Shown here: one piece after another, positions 17,472 through 26,900 of the stretch
How the letters are laid out: each line of letters starts with the position of its first letter
Numbering within the stretch: the first letter of the stretch is position 1
Virus record (IMG/VR): IMGVR_UViG_2687453585_000002
Direction: 5' to 3' (one strand)
DNA from: a virus
Taxonomy: Duplodnaviria > Heunggongvirae > Uroviricota > Caudoviricetes
DNA length: 54,826 nucleotides
Position numbers and translations under genes: made by a program
The notes under the pieces: model-generated
The model's database searches: none
The model's input: the letters and a program-made list of their open reading frames with translations, nothing else
Told to the model about the DNA's origin: nothing

Positions 17472-19325
17472 ATGGCATTTAAACACTATGATGTTGTCAG
17501 GGCGGCGTCGCCGTCAGATCTTGCGGAAAAGCTGACACATAAACTGAAAGAGGGCTGGCAGCCGTTTGGTAGTCCGGTGGCCATAACCCCTTATACCCTG
17601 ATGCAGGCGATTGCAGCAGAAGGTGATGTGGTCGTCAGTGGTGCAACTGAGCCGGAGTGGTACTACGTCATCGTACTGGCCGGGCAATCCAATGCCATGG
17701 CTTACGGTGAAGGGCTTCCGCTTCCGGATTCATACGATGCGCCCCATCCGCGCATTAAGCAACTGGCCCGTCGTAACACAGTGACTCCCGGTGGTGAAGT
17801 ATGCGTATTTAACGACATCATTCCTGCTGACCATTGTCTGCATGATGTTCAGGATATGAGTACGATTAACCATCCCCGGGCTGACCTGAGCAAAGGGCAG
17901 TACGGCTGTGTCGGACAGGGCTTACATATTGCCAAAAAACTGCTTCCGTATATCCCTAATAATGCGGGGATCCTGCTGGTACCATGCTGTCGTGGTGGTT
18001 CGGCATTCACCCAGGGCACGGAGGGGACATTCAGCGAGTCCACGGGGGCCAGTCAGGATTCGGCTCGCTGGGGAGTGGGTAAGCCGTTATATCAGGATCT
18101 GCTTTTCCGCACGAAGGCAGCATTGCAGAAAAACCCGAAAAACGTTTTGCTGGCGATATGCTGGATGCAGGGGGAATTCGATATGACGAATGCCAGTTAC
18201 GCCCAGCAGCCAGCAGCATTTCTTGCAATGGTACAGCAGTTCCGTGCTGACCTTGCCGGGCTGGCGGCGCAGTGTCACGGTGGAAGTCCGGCATCAGTCC
18301 CCTGGATTTGTGGCGACACGACATACGCGTGGAAACAAGAACACGGTACGCAATATGAAGTGGTATATGGTGCATATAAAGGTAAAGAATCCCAGCAGAT
18401 TTATTTTGTTCCCTTTATGACCGATGGTAGCGGAGTTAATACACCGACAAACAACCCGTCAGAAGATCCTGATATTGCCGGGTCTGGTTATTACGGTTCG
18501 GCATCCCGAACGAACAAAAACTGGGTATCATCAAATCGCCCGACGCATTTCAGCTCATGGGCGCGTCGTGGCATTATTCCCGATCGTATGGCAACTGCTA
18601 TTCTGAACGTAGCCGGTCGCACCTTAGCCTTCATTAGTGGTAAGGCACCGGAAATCAAACCCTCGCCCGGCGGCGACACGCCATCGGGGCCGTCTGAAGA
18701 TGCATCCGTACGCACAATCTCCCTGTTGCCGACAGCCGGAGATGCTGCTGCGCAGGGCTGGAGCATTAAGAATGGCGGAATTCAGTTGTCAGATGGTGTA
18801 TTTAAGATCACCAAGCAGAGCAATAAAGCCTGGTCCCTGACGCGCCCGGTGGATGACGCAGTCTCCCTGCTGACACGGGGTGGCAGACTGAGCTGTAAGT
18901 TTCGACTGTCAGGCGCACTGACCAACAATCAGTTCGGTCTGGGAATTTATCTGTATACCGATGTAGCGTTACCTGACGTCGTGGCGATGACCGGGACTGG
19001 TAACCCGTTCCTGATGTCGTTCTTCACCCAGACCACAGACGGCAAACTGAATCTGATGCATCACAAGAAAGCAGGAAACACAAAGTTGGGCGAGTTCGGG
19101 AATTACAGTAACGACTGGCAGACGCTGGAGCTGGTGTTCACCGCCGGCAGTGCCACGGTTACTCCGAAACTGAATGGAGTGGCTGGCCCGGCATTCCAGG
19201 TCATAAAAGACAGTCTGACACTGGGGCTGAATGCGCTGACGCTGACGGATATTACCAAAAATGCAACGTATGGCGTTGAGATAGAAAGTCTGGTGCTGGA
19301 GATAAATGCACCGGCATCATCATAA
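17472..19325 (+). CDS. NanS-p-like sialate O-acetylesterase family protein
   Basis: GQSN motif (VIVLAGQSNAMAYGEG) typical of SASA-type esterases; ~620 aa; sits between Q/tRNAs and lysis genes as in Stx phages; start at ATG 17472 preferred over 17457. Confidence 0.7.
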   Translation: MAFKHYDVVRAASPSDLAEKLTHKLKEGWQPFGSPVAITPYTLMQAIAAEGDVVVSGATEPEWYYVIVLAGQSNAMAYGEGLPLPDSYDAPHPRIKQLARRNTVTPGGEVCVFNDIIPADHCLHDVQDMSTINHPRADLSKGQYGCVGQGLHIAKKLLPYIPNNAGILLVPCCRGGSAFTQGTEGTFSESTGASQDSARWGVGKPLYQDLLFRTKAALQKNPKNVLLAICWMQGEFDMTNASYAQQPAAFLAMVQQFRADLAGLAAQCHGGSPASVPWICGDTTYAWKQEHGTQYEVVYGAYKGKESQQIYFVPFMTDGSGVNTPTNNPSEDPDIAGSGYYGSASRTNKNWVSSNRPTHFSSWARRGIIPDRMATAILNVAGRTLAFISGKAPEIKPSPGGDTPSGPSEDASVRTISLLPTAGDAAAQGWSIKNGGIQLSDGVFKITKQSNKAWSLTRPVDDAVSLLTRGGRLSCKFRLSGALTNNQFGLGIYLYTDVALPDVVAMTGTGNPFLMSFFTQTTDGKLNLMHHKKAGNTKLGEFGNYSNDWQTLELVFTAGSATVTPKLNGVAGPAFQVIKDSLTLGLNALTLTDITKNATYGVEIESLVLEINAPASS

Positions 19326-19475
19326 AAAGTGAGCCAGTCAAATGGAAGGTATCGTTAAACTCACCGGTAGTGTCAGTGGGTCGTCTGAGATGCCTGCATG
19401 AGTTATCAGAGCCATCAGTACTTAACTGGTGGCTTTTTTTATTGTTGTCAGCTTCCGGATAACGGGAGACGGGGT

Positions 19476-19691
19476 ATGTACCAGATGGAAAAAATCACAA
19501 CAGGTGTGTCATACACCACGTCAGCGGTGGGAACGGGCTACTGGTTCCTGCAGTTGCTGGACAGGGTTTCCCCGTCTCAGTGGGCGGCAATAGGCGTGCT
19601 GGGGAGTCTGCTGTTTGGGCTGCTGACATATCTGACTAACCTGTATTTCAAAATCAGAGAGGACCGTCGTAAGGCGGCACGGGGAGAGTAA
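19476..19691 (+). CDS. pinholin, phage 21 S-like (class II holin)
   Basis: 71 aa, dual-start MYQM, two TM segments, C-terminus [22 protein letters not shown] matching S21 as recalled. Confidence 0.85.
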   Translation: MYQMEKITTGVSYTTSAVGTGYWFLQLLDRVSPSQWAAIGVLGSLLFGLLTYLTNLYFKIREDRRKAARGE

Positions 19692-19695
19692 TTCA

Positions 19696-20040
19696 ATGAC
19701 TCAAAACTATGAACTGATTGTGAAAGGGATCCGCAATTTTGAGAATAAAGTTACGGTAACTTTAGCGTTACGGGACAAAAAACGCTTTGACGGTGAAATT
19801 TTTGACCTGGACATCTCGCTGGACCGTGTTGAAGGTGCCGCGCTGGAGTTTTATGAGGCAGCAGCCAGAAGGAGCATCAGACAGGTCTTCCTGGATGTTG
19901 CTGCCGGGTTATGTGAAGGGGATGAGCAGTCGCCGGAAAAGCGCCCCGTAATTTTAGAGGCGCAGGATGTGTTGATAACCTACAGAGGAAAACTACCGGG
20001 AATAATTACGGGTTCTCTGAAGAGTCCGCCGAAATGGTAA
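19696..20040 (+). CDS. hypothetical protein (lysis-cassette insert)
   Basis: 114-aa ORF 4 nt after holin stop with GGAG RBS; no recognisable motif. Confidence 0.4.
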   Translation: MTQNYELIVKGIRNFENKVTVTLALRDKKRFDGEIFDLDISLDRVEGAALEFYEAAARRSIRQVFLDVAAGLCEGDEQSPEKRPVILEAQDVLITYRGKLPGIITGSLKSPPKW

Positions 20041-20278
20041 TTTTACCAGCATATTTTTCATCCAGTAATACAGCAAGCCGCCTGAAAGAGTCTTGTTGTT
20101 CCTGAGACCATTTGGGATTGCATGATTCAAACTGGATTGATGCCAGCGTTGATTGCATCTGTTCCCTTGGAATTGAGAATGCCAGATATGAGAAGGCGAC
20201 GGTAAGGGTATTCACGTCTTCCCGAAGCCTGGAAATGCTGTCGAGCAACTCCTGTAGAGAAATGGTGTTATTGTCCAT
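20006..20278 (-). CDS. hypothetical protein (lysis-cassette insert)
   Basis: 90-aa ORF, GAGGA RBS; convergent with and overlapping previous ORF by 35 nt; abuts IS left end. Confidence 0.4.
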   Translation of the reverse strand: MDNNTISLQELLDSISRLREDVNTLTVAFSYLAFSIPREQMQSTLASIQFESCNPKWSQEQQDSFRRLAVLLDEKYAGKITISADSSENP

Positions 20279-20343
20279 AAATAATCCTCATGATTGTATT
20301 GACCTGTTGAAGTGGTTTACTGAATTTGGCCACCTGAACAGAG

Positions 20344-21527
<1,184 letters not shown>

Positions 21528-21636
21528 CTCGGTGGCCAGTTTTTGTTGACCACTTCATGTTAGCAGCCTGAGGCAACAGGCTGGAACTGATAAACATATC
21601 CAGGGCTCAGAAACCGATAAATCCTGATAAATATCC

Positions 21637-22170
21637 ATGAACGCAAAAATCAGATACGGCCTGTCGGCTGCCGTTCTGGCGCTGATTGCCGCTGGTGCGC
21701 CTGCGCCTGACATTCTCGACCAGTTTCTGGATGAAAAGGAAGGTAACCACACCACGGCATACCGTGATGGCGCGGGTATCTGGACCATCTGCCGCGGTGC
21801 CATCCTGGTGGATGGCAAACCTGTCGTTCCGGGCATGAAGTTGTCGAAGGAAAAATGCGACCGGGTTAACGCCATTGAGCGTGATAAGGCGCTGGCATGG
21901 GTGGAGAAAAACATCAAAGTGCCATTGACCGAACCCCAGAAAGCGGGGATCGCGTCATTCTGTCCGTACAACATTGGTCCCGGTAAGTGTTTCCCGTCGA
22001 CGTTTTACAGACGAATTAATGCAGGTGATCGCAGGGGAGCATGCGAAGCGATTCGCTGGTGGATTAAGGACGGTGGCAGAGACTGCCGTATTCGCTCAAA
22101 TAACTGTTACGGTCAGGTATTCCGTCGTGACCAGGAGAGCGCGCTGGCGTGCTGGGGAATCGACAGATAA
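21637..22170 (+). CDS. SAR endolysin (lysozyme, GH24-like)
   Basis: 177 aa; N-terminal weakly hydrophobic signal-anchor-release segment LSAAVLALIAAGA; lysozyme-like core; pairs with pinholin. Confidence 0.8.
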   Translation: MNAKIRYGLSAAVLALIAAGAPAPDILDQFLDEKEGNHTTAYRDGAGIWTICRGAILVDGKPVVPGMKLSKEKCDRVNAIERDKALAWVEKNIKVPLTEPQKAGIASFCPYNIGPGKCFPSTFYRRINAGDRRGACEAIRWWIKDGGRDCRIRSNNCYGQVFRRDQESALACWGIDR

Positions 22171-22263
22171 GCAGAATATTTTGCTGAAAAATGAGGTTGG
22201 CCAACGCGGGCGGATAACACGAAGTCCTGTGAACTGGCAAAACCTAAGTGAATAAAAGTAAAA

Positions 22264-22299
22264 ACCCCGTTTGTTGGCAGCAAGCGGGGTTTTGTTTTT
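22264..22299 (+). terminator. terminator-like hairpin after endolysin
   Basis: CCCCG...CGGGG stem followed by TTTTGTTTTT. Confidence 0.45.
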
Positions 22300-22364
22300 A
22301 TGGCAGTAAGCTATGGGAGGCTGCCTTGATTGATTTTAGCAAACTGATTAGGGAGTTGCGACTC

Positions 22365-22460
22365 ATGATTAGTCAATTACCAAACTGGAAATTTTTGCTG
22401 GTCTGGAGCATCCCTTTTTTATGGGTAGTATCCCAGTTAATTGTGGCAATTAAGGGGTAG
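22365..22460 (+). CDS. small hydrophobic peptide (31 aa)
   Basis: MISQLPNWKFLLVWSIPFLWVVSQLIVAIKG; single predicted TM; found by manual translation. Confidence 0.3.
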   Translation: MISQLPNWKFLLVWSIPFLWVVSQLIVAIKG

Positions 22461-22462
22461 CT

Positions 22463-22594
22463 ATGTCAGACAAACTCATAACGCCGGCAAAGGTCCTGTG
22501 TGTGATTGTCGGTATTTCATTTTCACTAATGCTGGTTGCTCTTTTTCTGTCCCTCGCCTGGGTGATGTTGTCTTCGTCGGGGCTGCTGGGGTGA
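22463..22594 (+). CDS. small hydrophobic peptide (43 aa)
   Basis: MSDKLITPAKVLCVIVGISFSLMLVALFLSLAWVMLSSSGLLG; AAGGGG RBS 6 nt upstream. Confidence 0.4.
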   Translation: MSDKLITPAKVLCVIVGISFSLMLVALFLSLAWVMLSSSGLLG

Positions 22595-22713
22595 CAGTGA
22601 CTGATGACATCAGCAGAGCGCTGGCTTTTGCTATTAAGTGGGTGGCTGTTGGTATTGCTGTGTCTCCGATGCTGTATGGGCTGGCAAAACTGGTCATTGC
22701 GCTGAAATCGTGA
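22591..22713 (+). CDS. small hydrophobic peptide (~40 aa)
   Basis: GTG start overlapping previous stop (GTGA coupling); ...ISRALAFAIKWVAVGIAVSPMLYGLAKLVIALKS. Confidence 0.3.
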   Translation: MTVTDDISRALAFAIKWVAVGIAVSPMLYGLAKLVIALKS

Positions 22714-22724
22714 ACTTTAAAAAG

Positions 22725-22811
22725 ATGAGTGCTGAACTTATTCGGGCAATGGCATTTGCCATTCGTATTGTGGCCATTGCTGTTCTGGTCTGGGCAATCC
22801 GTTGGTGGTGA
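22725..22811 (+). CDS. small hydrophobic peptide (28 aa), paralog of preceding peptide
   Basis: [28 protein letters not shown]; similar to RALAFAIKWVAVGIAV of neighbour; stop 1 nt before Rz start. Confidence 0.3.
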   Translation: MSAELIRAMAFAIRIVAIAVLVWAIRWW

Positions 22812-22812
22812 T

Positions 22813-23307
22813 ATGAACCGTGTTCTGTGTGTGGTGATTATTGTCATGCTGGTAGCCTGTGGTGTGCTTAGTCTGGGGCTGAATCATTACCGCGATAACG
22901 CCATCACCTACAAAGCGCAGCGCGATAAAAAAGTCAGTGAGCTGAAACTGGCGAATGCCACTATTACTGACATGCAGCAGCGCCAGCGAGATGTCGCTGC
23001 GCTTGATGCCAGATACACGAAGGAATTAGCCGATGCGAGAGCTGAAAATGAAACTCTGCGCGCTGATGTTGCCGCTGGTCGTAAGCGCCTGCGGGTCAAC
23101 GCCACCTGCCCCGGTACCGTGCGTGAAGCCACCGGCACCTCCAGCGTGGATAATGCAACCGGCCCCCGACTGGCAGACACCGCTGAACGGGATTATTTCA
23201 TCCTCAGAGAACGGTTGATGACAATGCAGAAGCAGCTGGAAGGGGCGCAGGAATATATCCGCACTCAGTGCACTAAGCTGGCTTTTTATTATCCGGAGGA
23301 TACATGA
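22813..23307 (+). CDS. Rz: i-spanin Rz
   Basis: 164 aa from ATG 22813; N-terminal TM, coiled-coil rest; embedded Rz1 in +1 frame. Confidence 0.8.
   Translation: MNRVLCVVIIVMLVACGVLSLGLNHYRDNAITYKAQRDKKVSELKLANATITDMQQRQRDVAALDARYTKELADARAENETLRADVAAGRKRLRVNATCPGTVREATGTSSVDNATGPRLADTAERDYFILRERLMTMQKQLEGAQEYIRTQCTKLAFYYPEDT
23048..23218 (+). CDS. Rz1: o-spanin Rz1 (lipoprotein) embedded in Rz
   Basis: lipobox LVVSAC, proline-rich mature region; wholly within Rz in alternate frame. Confidence 0.75.
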   Translation: MKLCALMLPLVVSACGSTPPAPVPCVKPPAPPAWIMQPAPDWQTPLNGIISSSENG

Positions 23308-23519
23308 AGAAATTACGGGTAACCGTAGAACCTTTTCAGGGAACAATTCCGTTCCGTATTTTGCAGCGTGGTCGTGTTCTTGTTGAAGGTTCGTTCAGTG
23401 GTAAATGTACGCAATTACACTCCCGGACCTTTCAGGTGAATGCCACGAATGAAGAGCTAACCGTGGAGTGTACGATGAATGCCGCTAAATGCCGCATGGT
23501 ATTACAGCCAGTGTGTTGA
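23304..23519 (+). CDS. hypothetical small protein
   Basis: 71-aa ORF; ATG overlaps Rz stop; GGAGGA RBS. Confidence 0.4.
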   Translation: MKKLRVTVEPFQGTIPFRILQRGRVLVEGSFSGKCTQLHSRTFQVNATNEELTVECTMNAAKCRMVLQPVC

Positions 23520-23717
23520 GCGACCTTATTATCCATGCGCGGTATTGTCGCCGTATTCCTGCATTAACAGAGACCGCAGCCCGACAGGGAGACTCCTCTG
23601 CGCGAGTGTGCGGGGATAATCAAAAACGATACACACCGGGGTTTACCGCGTTAACGGAGCGCGGCGTTGTCCCCTCATAGTCGCCTGTCCGGTGCGATGG
23701 TGGAAGAAACCGAACGT

Positions 23718-23918
23718 TCATTTCTCGTTATTTGTCATGCTGGCCGGGCGCAGATGCGTTGCATCTGTTGCCAGCCTTCTCCTGCAGGCTTCAATAACCC
23801 ACGCTGAAAAGTTACCGGACCCTTTATGCTCAAGGGCGATGTTGATCTGTTCAATTATGTGATTGGGGAAACGGATATTGCGGGTTGTGGTTCTGCGGGT
23901 CCGGTTTTTCGATGACAT
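23718..23918 (-). CDS. ribbon-helix-helix-like small protein (YlcI/DUF3950-like)
   Basis: 66 aa from internal ATG with AAGGA RBS; IRFPNHIIEQINIALEHKGSGNFSAWVIEACRRRL resembles RHH fold pattern. Confidence 0.45.
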   Translation of the reverse strand: MSSKNRTRRTTTRNIRFPNHIIEQINIALEHKGSGNFSAWVIEACRRRLATDATHLRPASMTNNEK

Positions 23919-23959
23919 ATTTATTTCCTTTACTGATTGCCATATGACGGGGATTTTAC

Positions 23960-24325
23960 ATGGCTGAGCTTCGTACACTCCAGAGCAGAATCAAAACACT
24001 GAATACCCGACGGGTGAATATTCTGAAGGGGGAGCAGCGTCGTGTCAGTGGCAGTGCACGTGTTTCCCTCAAGCGTCATATCTGGCTGAGGGACGCCGGG
24101 CAGTGCTGTATCTGTGGTCGTGTGGTTGACCTCTGTGACAGTGAACTCGATCACCGAATTGCACTTCAGTTCGGTGGTGGTAATGAGGAGACGAATCTTT
24201 GGACGCTCTGTGCCGAATGCCATCGACAAAAGTCTGCTCGTGAAGCGGCGAGTGGTATGCCGGACCCGACGCTGCCGGAGGTGTCCGGAGGTAGTGGCAG
24301 AGAGGACGACATCATCGGACTGTAA
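23960..24325 (+). CDS. HNH endonuclease (packaging-associated)
   Basis: CxxC...DH...N...CxxCH motif (CCICG...DHRIAL...NLWTLCAECH); directly upstream of cos-like region and terminase. Confidence 0.8.
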   Translation: MAELRTLQSRIKTLNTRRVNILKGEQRRVSGSARVSLKRHIWLRDAGQCCICGRVVDLCDSELDHRIALQFGGGNEETNLWTLCAECHRQKSAREAASGMPDPTLPEVSGGSGREDDIIGL

Positions 24326-24416
24326 CCCAACCCGGGGGGGGTATCATCCGGCGTAAAAAACGATCGCTTTGGACACCGCGCCCCCTCTCACGCAGAGAAA
24401 AAATTCCCGTTTCAGG

Positions 24417-24545
24417 GCAGTTAACATGTTAACTGGCTGCCCGGGCATTTTTGCGGTTTTTATCTTTATTATTCAGTTTGTTGTGCGGAAAAAATGTTAA
24501 CAGGCTTTTTCAGCAAATGTTAACCAGGCAGCAGTTAACATTTGC
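24417..24545. promoter_or_regulatory. putative cos / terminase-binding region with GTTAAC-containing repeats
   Basis: four copies of (A)TGTTAAC including palindrome GTTAACATGTTAAC in the non-coding gap between HNH and terminase small subunit. Confidence 0.4.
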
Positions 24546-24615
24546 GGCATGAGACGCCGGGAAAAATGGGCTGAACCATACCCGGCTGAGTGCGTTCTGG
24601 ACCCGGGAGGAGGCT

Positions 24616-25179
24616 GTGCTGACAACGCAAAAACGAAAATTTGCGCTGGCGCTCATGTCCGGGAAAAACAAAACAGCGTCAGCCATTGCCGCCGGTTATT
24701 CGGCGAAGACCGCCAGGGTTAAAGGCTCGCAGCTGGCAAAAGATCCTGAGGTGCTTGCGTTTATAGCCCGTAAACAATGCGAGACGGTGGAGGTGGATGA
24801 GGTTCCTGTTTACCGGCAGAAAAAATCAGAGCAGGAGGATAAACCCCGTCGCCGTGAGGCGGCTGCAATACCACAGCCGGACGAAAACAATCTGGAGATG
24901 CCACCGTCCGCGGTGATGTCTCCTGGTATTGAATATATGGAGGATGGTCTTCCCGATCCGGTGAAAGCCATGGGGCGGATCCTGGTGGAAAACCTCTGCA
25001 TTGATCCGAAACTGGCACTGGATGCGGCCTGGCGTCTGGCGCAGTTCACGCACCATAAAAAAGGGGATACCGGGAAAAAATCGGCAAAAGGTGATGCCGC
25101 GAAAAAAGCGGCTAACCGTTTTGCGGTGCCACCGCCCCCCCGACTGGTGGTGAATAACGATAATGAGGGCAACGGATGA
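24616..25179 (+). CDS. terminase small subunit (P27-like)
   Basis: GTG start with GGAGGAGG RBS; N-terminal AIAAGYSAKTA motif typical of P27-family small terminases. Confidence 0.7.
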   Translation: MLTTQKRKFALALMSGKNKTASAIAAGYSAKTARVKGSQLAKDPEVLAFIARKQCETVEVDEVPVYRQKKSEQEDKPRRREAAAIPQPDENNLEMPPSAVMSPGIEYMEDGLPDPVKAMGRILVENLCIDPKLALDAAWRLAQFTHHKKGDTGKKSAKGDAAKKAANRFAVPPPPRLVVNNDNEGNG

Positions 25180-26837
25180 TACCTGTATGGAGCACAGCCT
25201 GCCCGGACTGGGCAGAGCGCCTGAAAAAGGGGCTGTCGATTATTCCGGATCCGATTTATCCGGACGAGGCCGCACATGCCCTGGCGATTTTTAAACAACT
25301 GCGGATTGTGGATGCACCTGGTAGCCCTACGTTCGGGGAGTCCTGTGCACCGTGGGTGTTTGACCTGGTGGCGGCCCTGTTTGGCTCCTACGATGCGCAG
25401 ACCGGTGTACGCCATATCAAGGAAGTTTTTATCCTTATCCCCAAGAAAAACTCGAAGTCCACGCTGGCCGCGGGGATCATGATGACTGCACTGTTACTGA
25501 ACTGGCGGCAGGCGGCGGGTTACACGATTCTGGCCCCGACTGTGGAGGTGGCGGCCAACGCCTTCAACCCTGCCCGGGATATGGTACGACGTGACGATGA
25601 TCTGGATGACCTCTGCCAGGTACAGACCCATATCCGGACCATCACCCACCGAGTGACGGACACCACCCTGAAGGTGGTGGCAGCCGATCCGAATACGGTG
25701 TCCGGTATCAAGTCCGTGGGTACGCTGATTGATGAGTTGTGGCTGTTTGGCAAGCAGTGCAAGGCGGAGGACATGTTACGTGAAGCCATAGGCGGCCTTG
25801 CCTCCCGCCCGGAAGGGTTTGTGGTGTATACGACCACCCAGTCGAATGAACCGCCCGCCGGGGTGTTCAGACAGAAACTGCAGTACGCCCGGGATGTGCG
25901 CGACGGCAAAATTCATGATCCGCACTTTCTGCCGGTGATATTTGAACACCCTCCTGAAATGGTGGAAAGCGGGACTAACCTGCTGATGGAAAACCTCGCC
26001 ATGGTCAATCCGAATCTCGGCTATTCAGTGGATGAGGCCTTTCTGTACCGGGAGTACCGTAAAGCCCGGGAAGCCGGTGAAGAGACATTCCGGGGGTTCA
26101 TGTCAAAACACGCCAATGTGGAAATTGGTCTTGCCCTGCGCTCTGACCGCTGGGCGGGGGCTGATTTCTGGGAAGAGCAGGGCCGTTGTATCAGCCTGGA
26201 CGATATCCTGCGTCGTGCTGATGTGGTGACGGTGGGGATTGACGGCGGAGGGCTGGATGATCTGCTGGGGATGTATGTGATTGGGCGTGACCGGGAGACC
26301 CGCGAATGGCTGGGCTGGGGCCATGCCTGGGCGCATGAAACCGCGGTGGTCCGACGGAAGAGCGAGGCGTCCCGGTTTCAGGATCTTGTTGCCTGTGGAG
26401 ATATGACCATTGTCCGGCGTGTCGGGGATGACACGGCGGAAGTGGCGGAATATGTGCGTCGCATTCATGAGGCTGAGTTACTGGACCATATCGGTATTGA
26501 CCCGTCAGGGGTGGGGCAGATTCTGGATTCACTGGCGGAAGCCGGGATCCCCGACGGAATTGTGGTGGGGATAAGCCAGGGCTGGAAACTGGGCGGGGCC
26601 ATTAAAACCACCGAGCGCAAACTGGCTGAAGGGGTGCTGGTGCATGGTGACCAGCCCCTGATGGCCTGGTGTGTCGGCAATGCCCGGGTGGAGCCTAAAG
26701 GTAACGCCATTCTTATCACCAAACAGGCCAGTGGACGGGGAAAAATTGACCCGCTGATGGCGCTGTTCAATGCGGTCTCCCTGATGTCCCTTAACCCGGA
26801 ACCGAAAAAGAAAGAATATGCGGTTTTTTTCATATAA
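25176..26837 (+). CDS. terminase large subunit
   Basis: 553 aa; ATPase and nuclease regions typical of HK97-type large terminases; overlaps TerS stop. Confidence 0.85.
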   Translation: MIPVWSTACPDWAERLKKGLSIIPDPIYPDEAAHALAIFKQLRIVDAPGSPTFGESCAPWVFDLVAALFGSYDAQTGVRHIKEVFILIPKKNSKSTLAAGIMMTALLLNWRQAAGYTILAPTVEVAANAFNPARDMVRRDDDLDDLCQVQTHIRTITHRVTDTTLKVVAADPNTVSGIKSVGTLIDELWLFGKQCKAEDMLREAIGGLASRPEGFVVYTTTQSNEPPAGVFRQKLQYARDVRDGKIHDPHFLPVIFEHPPEMVESGTNLLMENLAMVNPNLGYSVDEAFLYREYRKAREAGEETFRGFMSKHANVEIGLALRSDRWAGADFWEEQGRCISLDDILRRADVVTVGIDGGGLDDLLGMYVIGRDRETREWLGWGHAWAHETAVVRRKSEASRFQDLVACGDMTIVRRVGDDTAEVAEYVRRIHEAELLDHIGIDPSGVGQILDSLAEAGIPDGIVVGISQGWKLGGAIKTTERKLAEGVLVHGDQPLMAWCVGNARVEPKGNAILITKQASGRGKIDPLMALFNAVSLMSLNPEPKKKEYAVFFI

Positions 26838-26900
26838 CCCTGTTCACACTGTAACCATCACGAACCGCTCCGGCGGTTTTTTTATTTTCAGGAGGCTGAT

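Noticed and set aside
24810-25415. 201-aa minus-strand ORF across the TerS/TerL junction
   Set aside because: Antisense to terminase genes; Arg/Cys/Pro-rich low-complexity product
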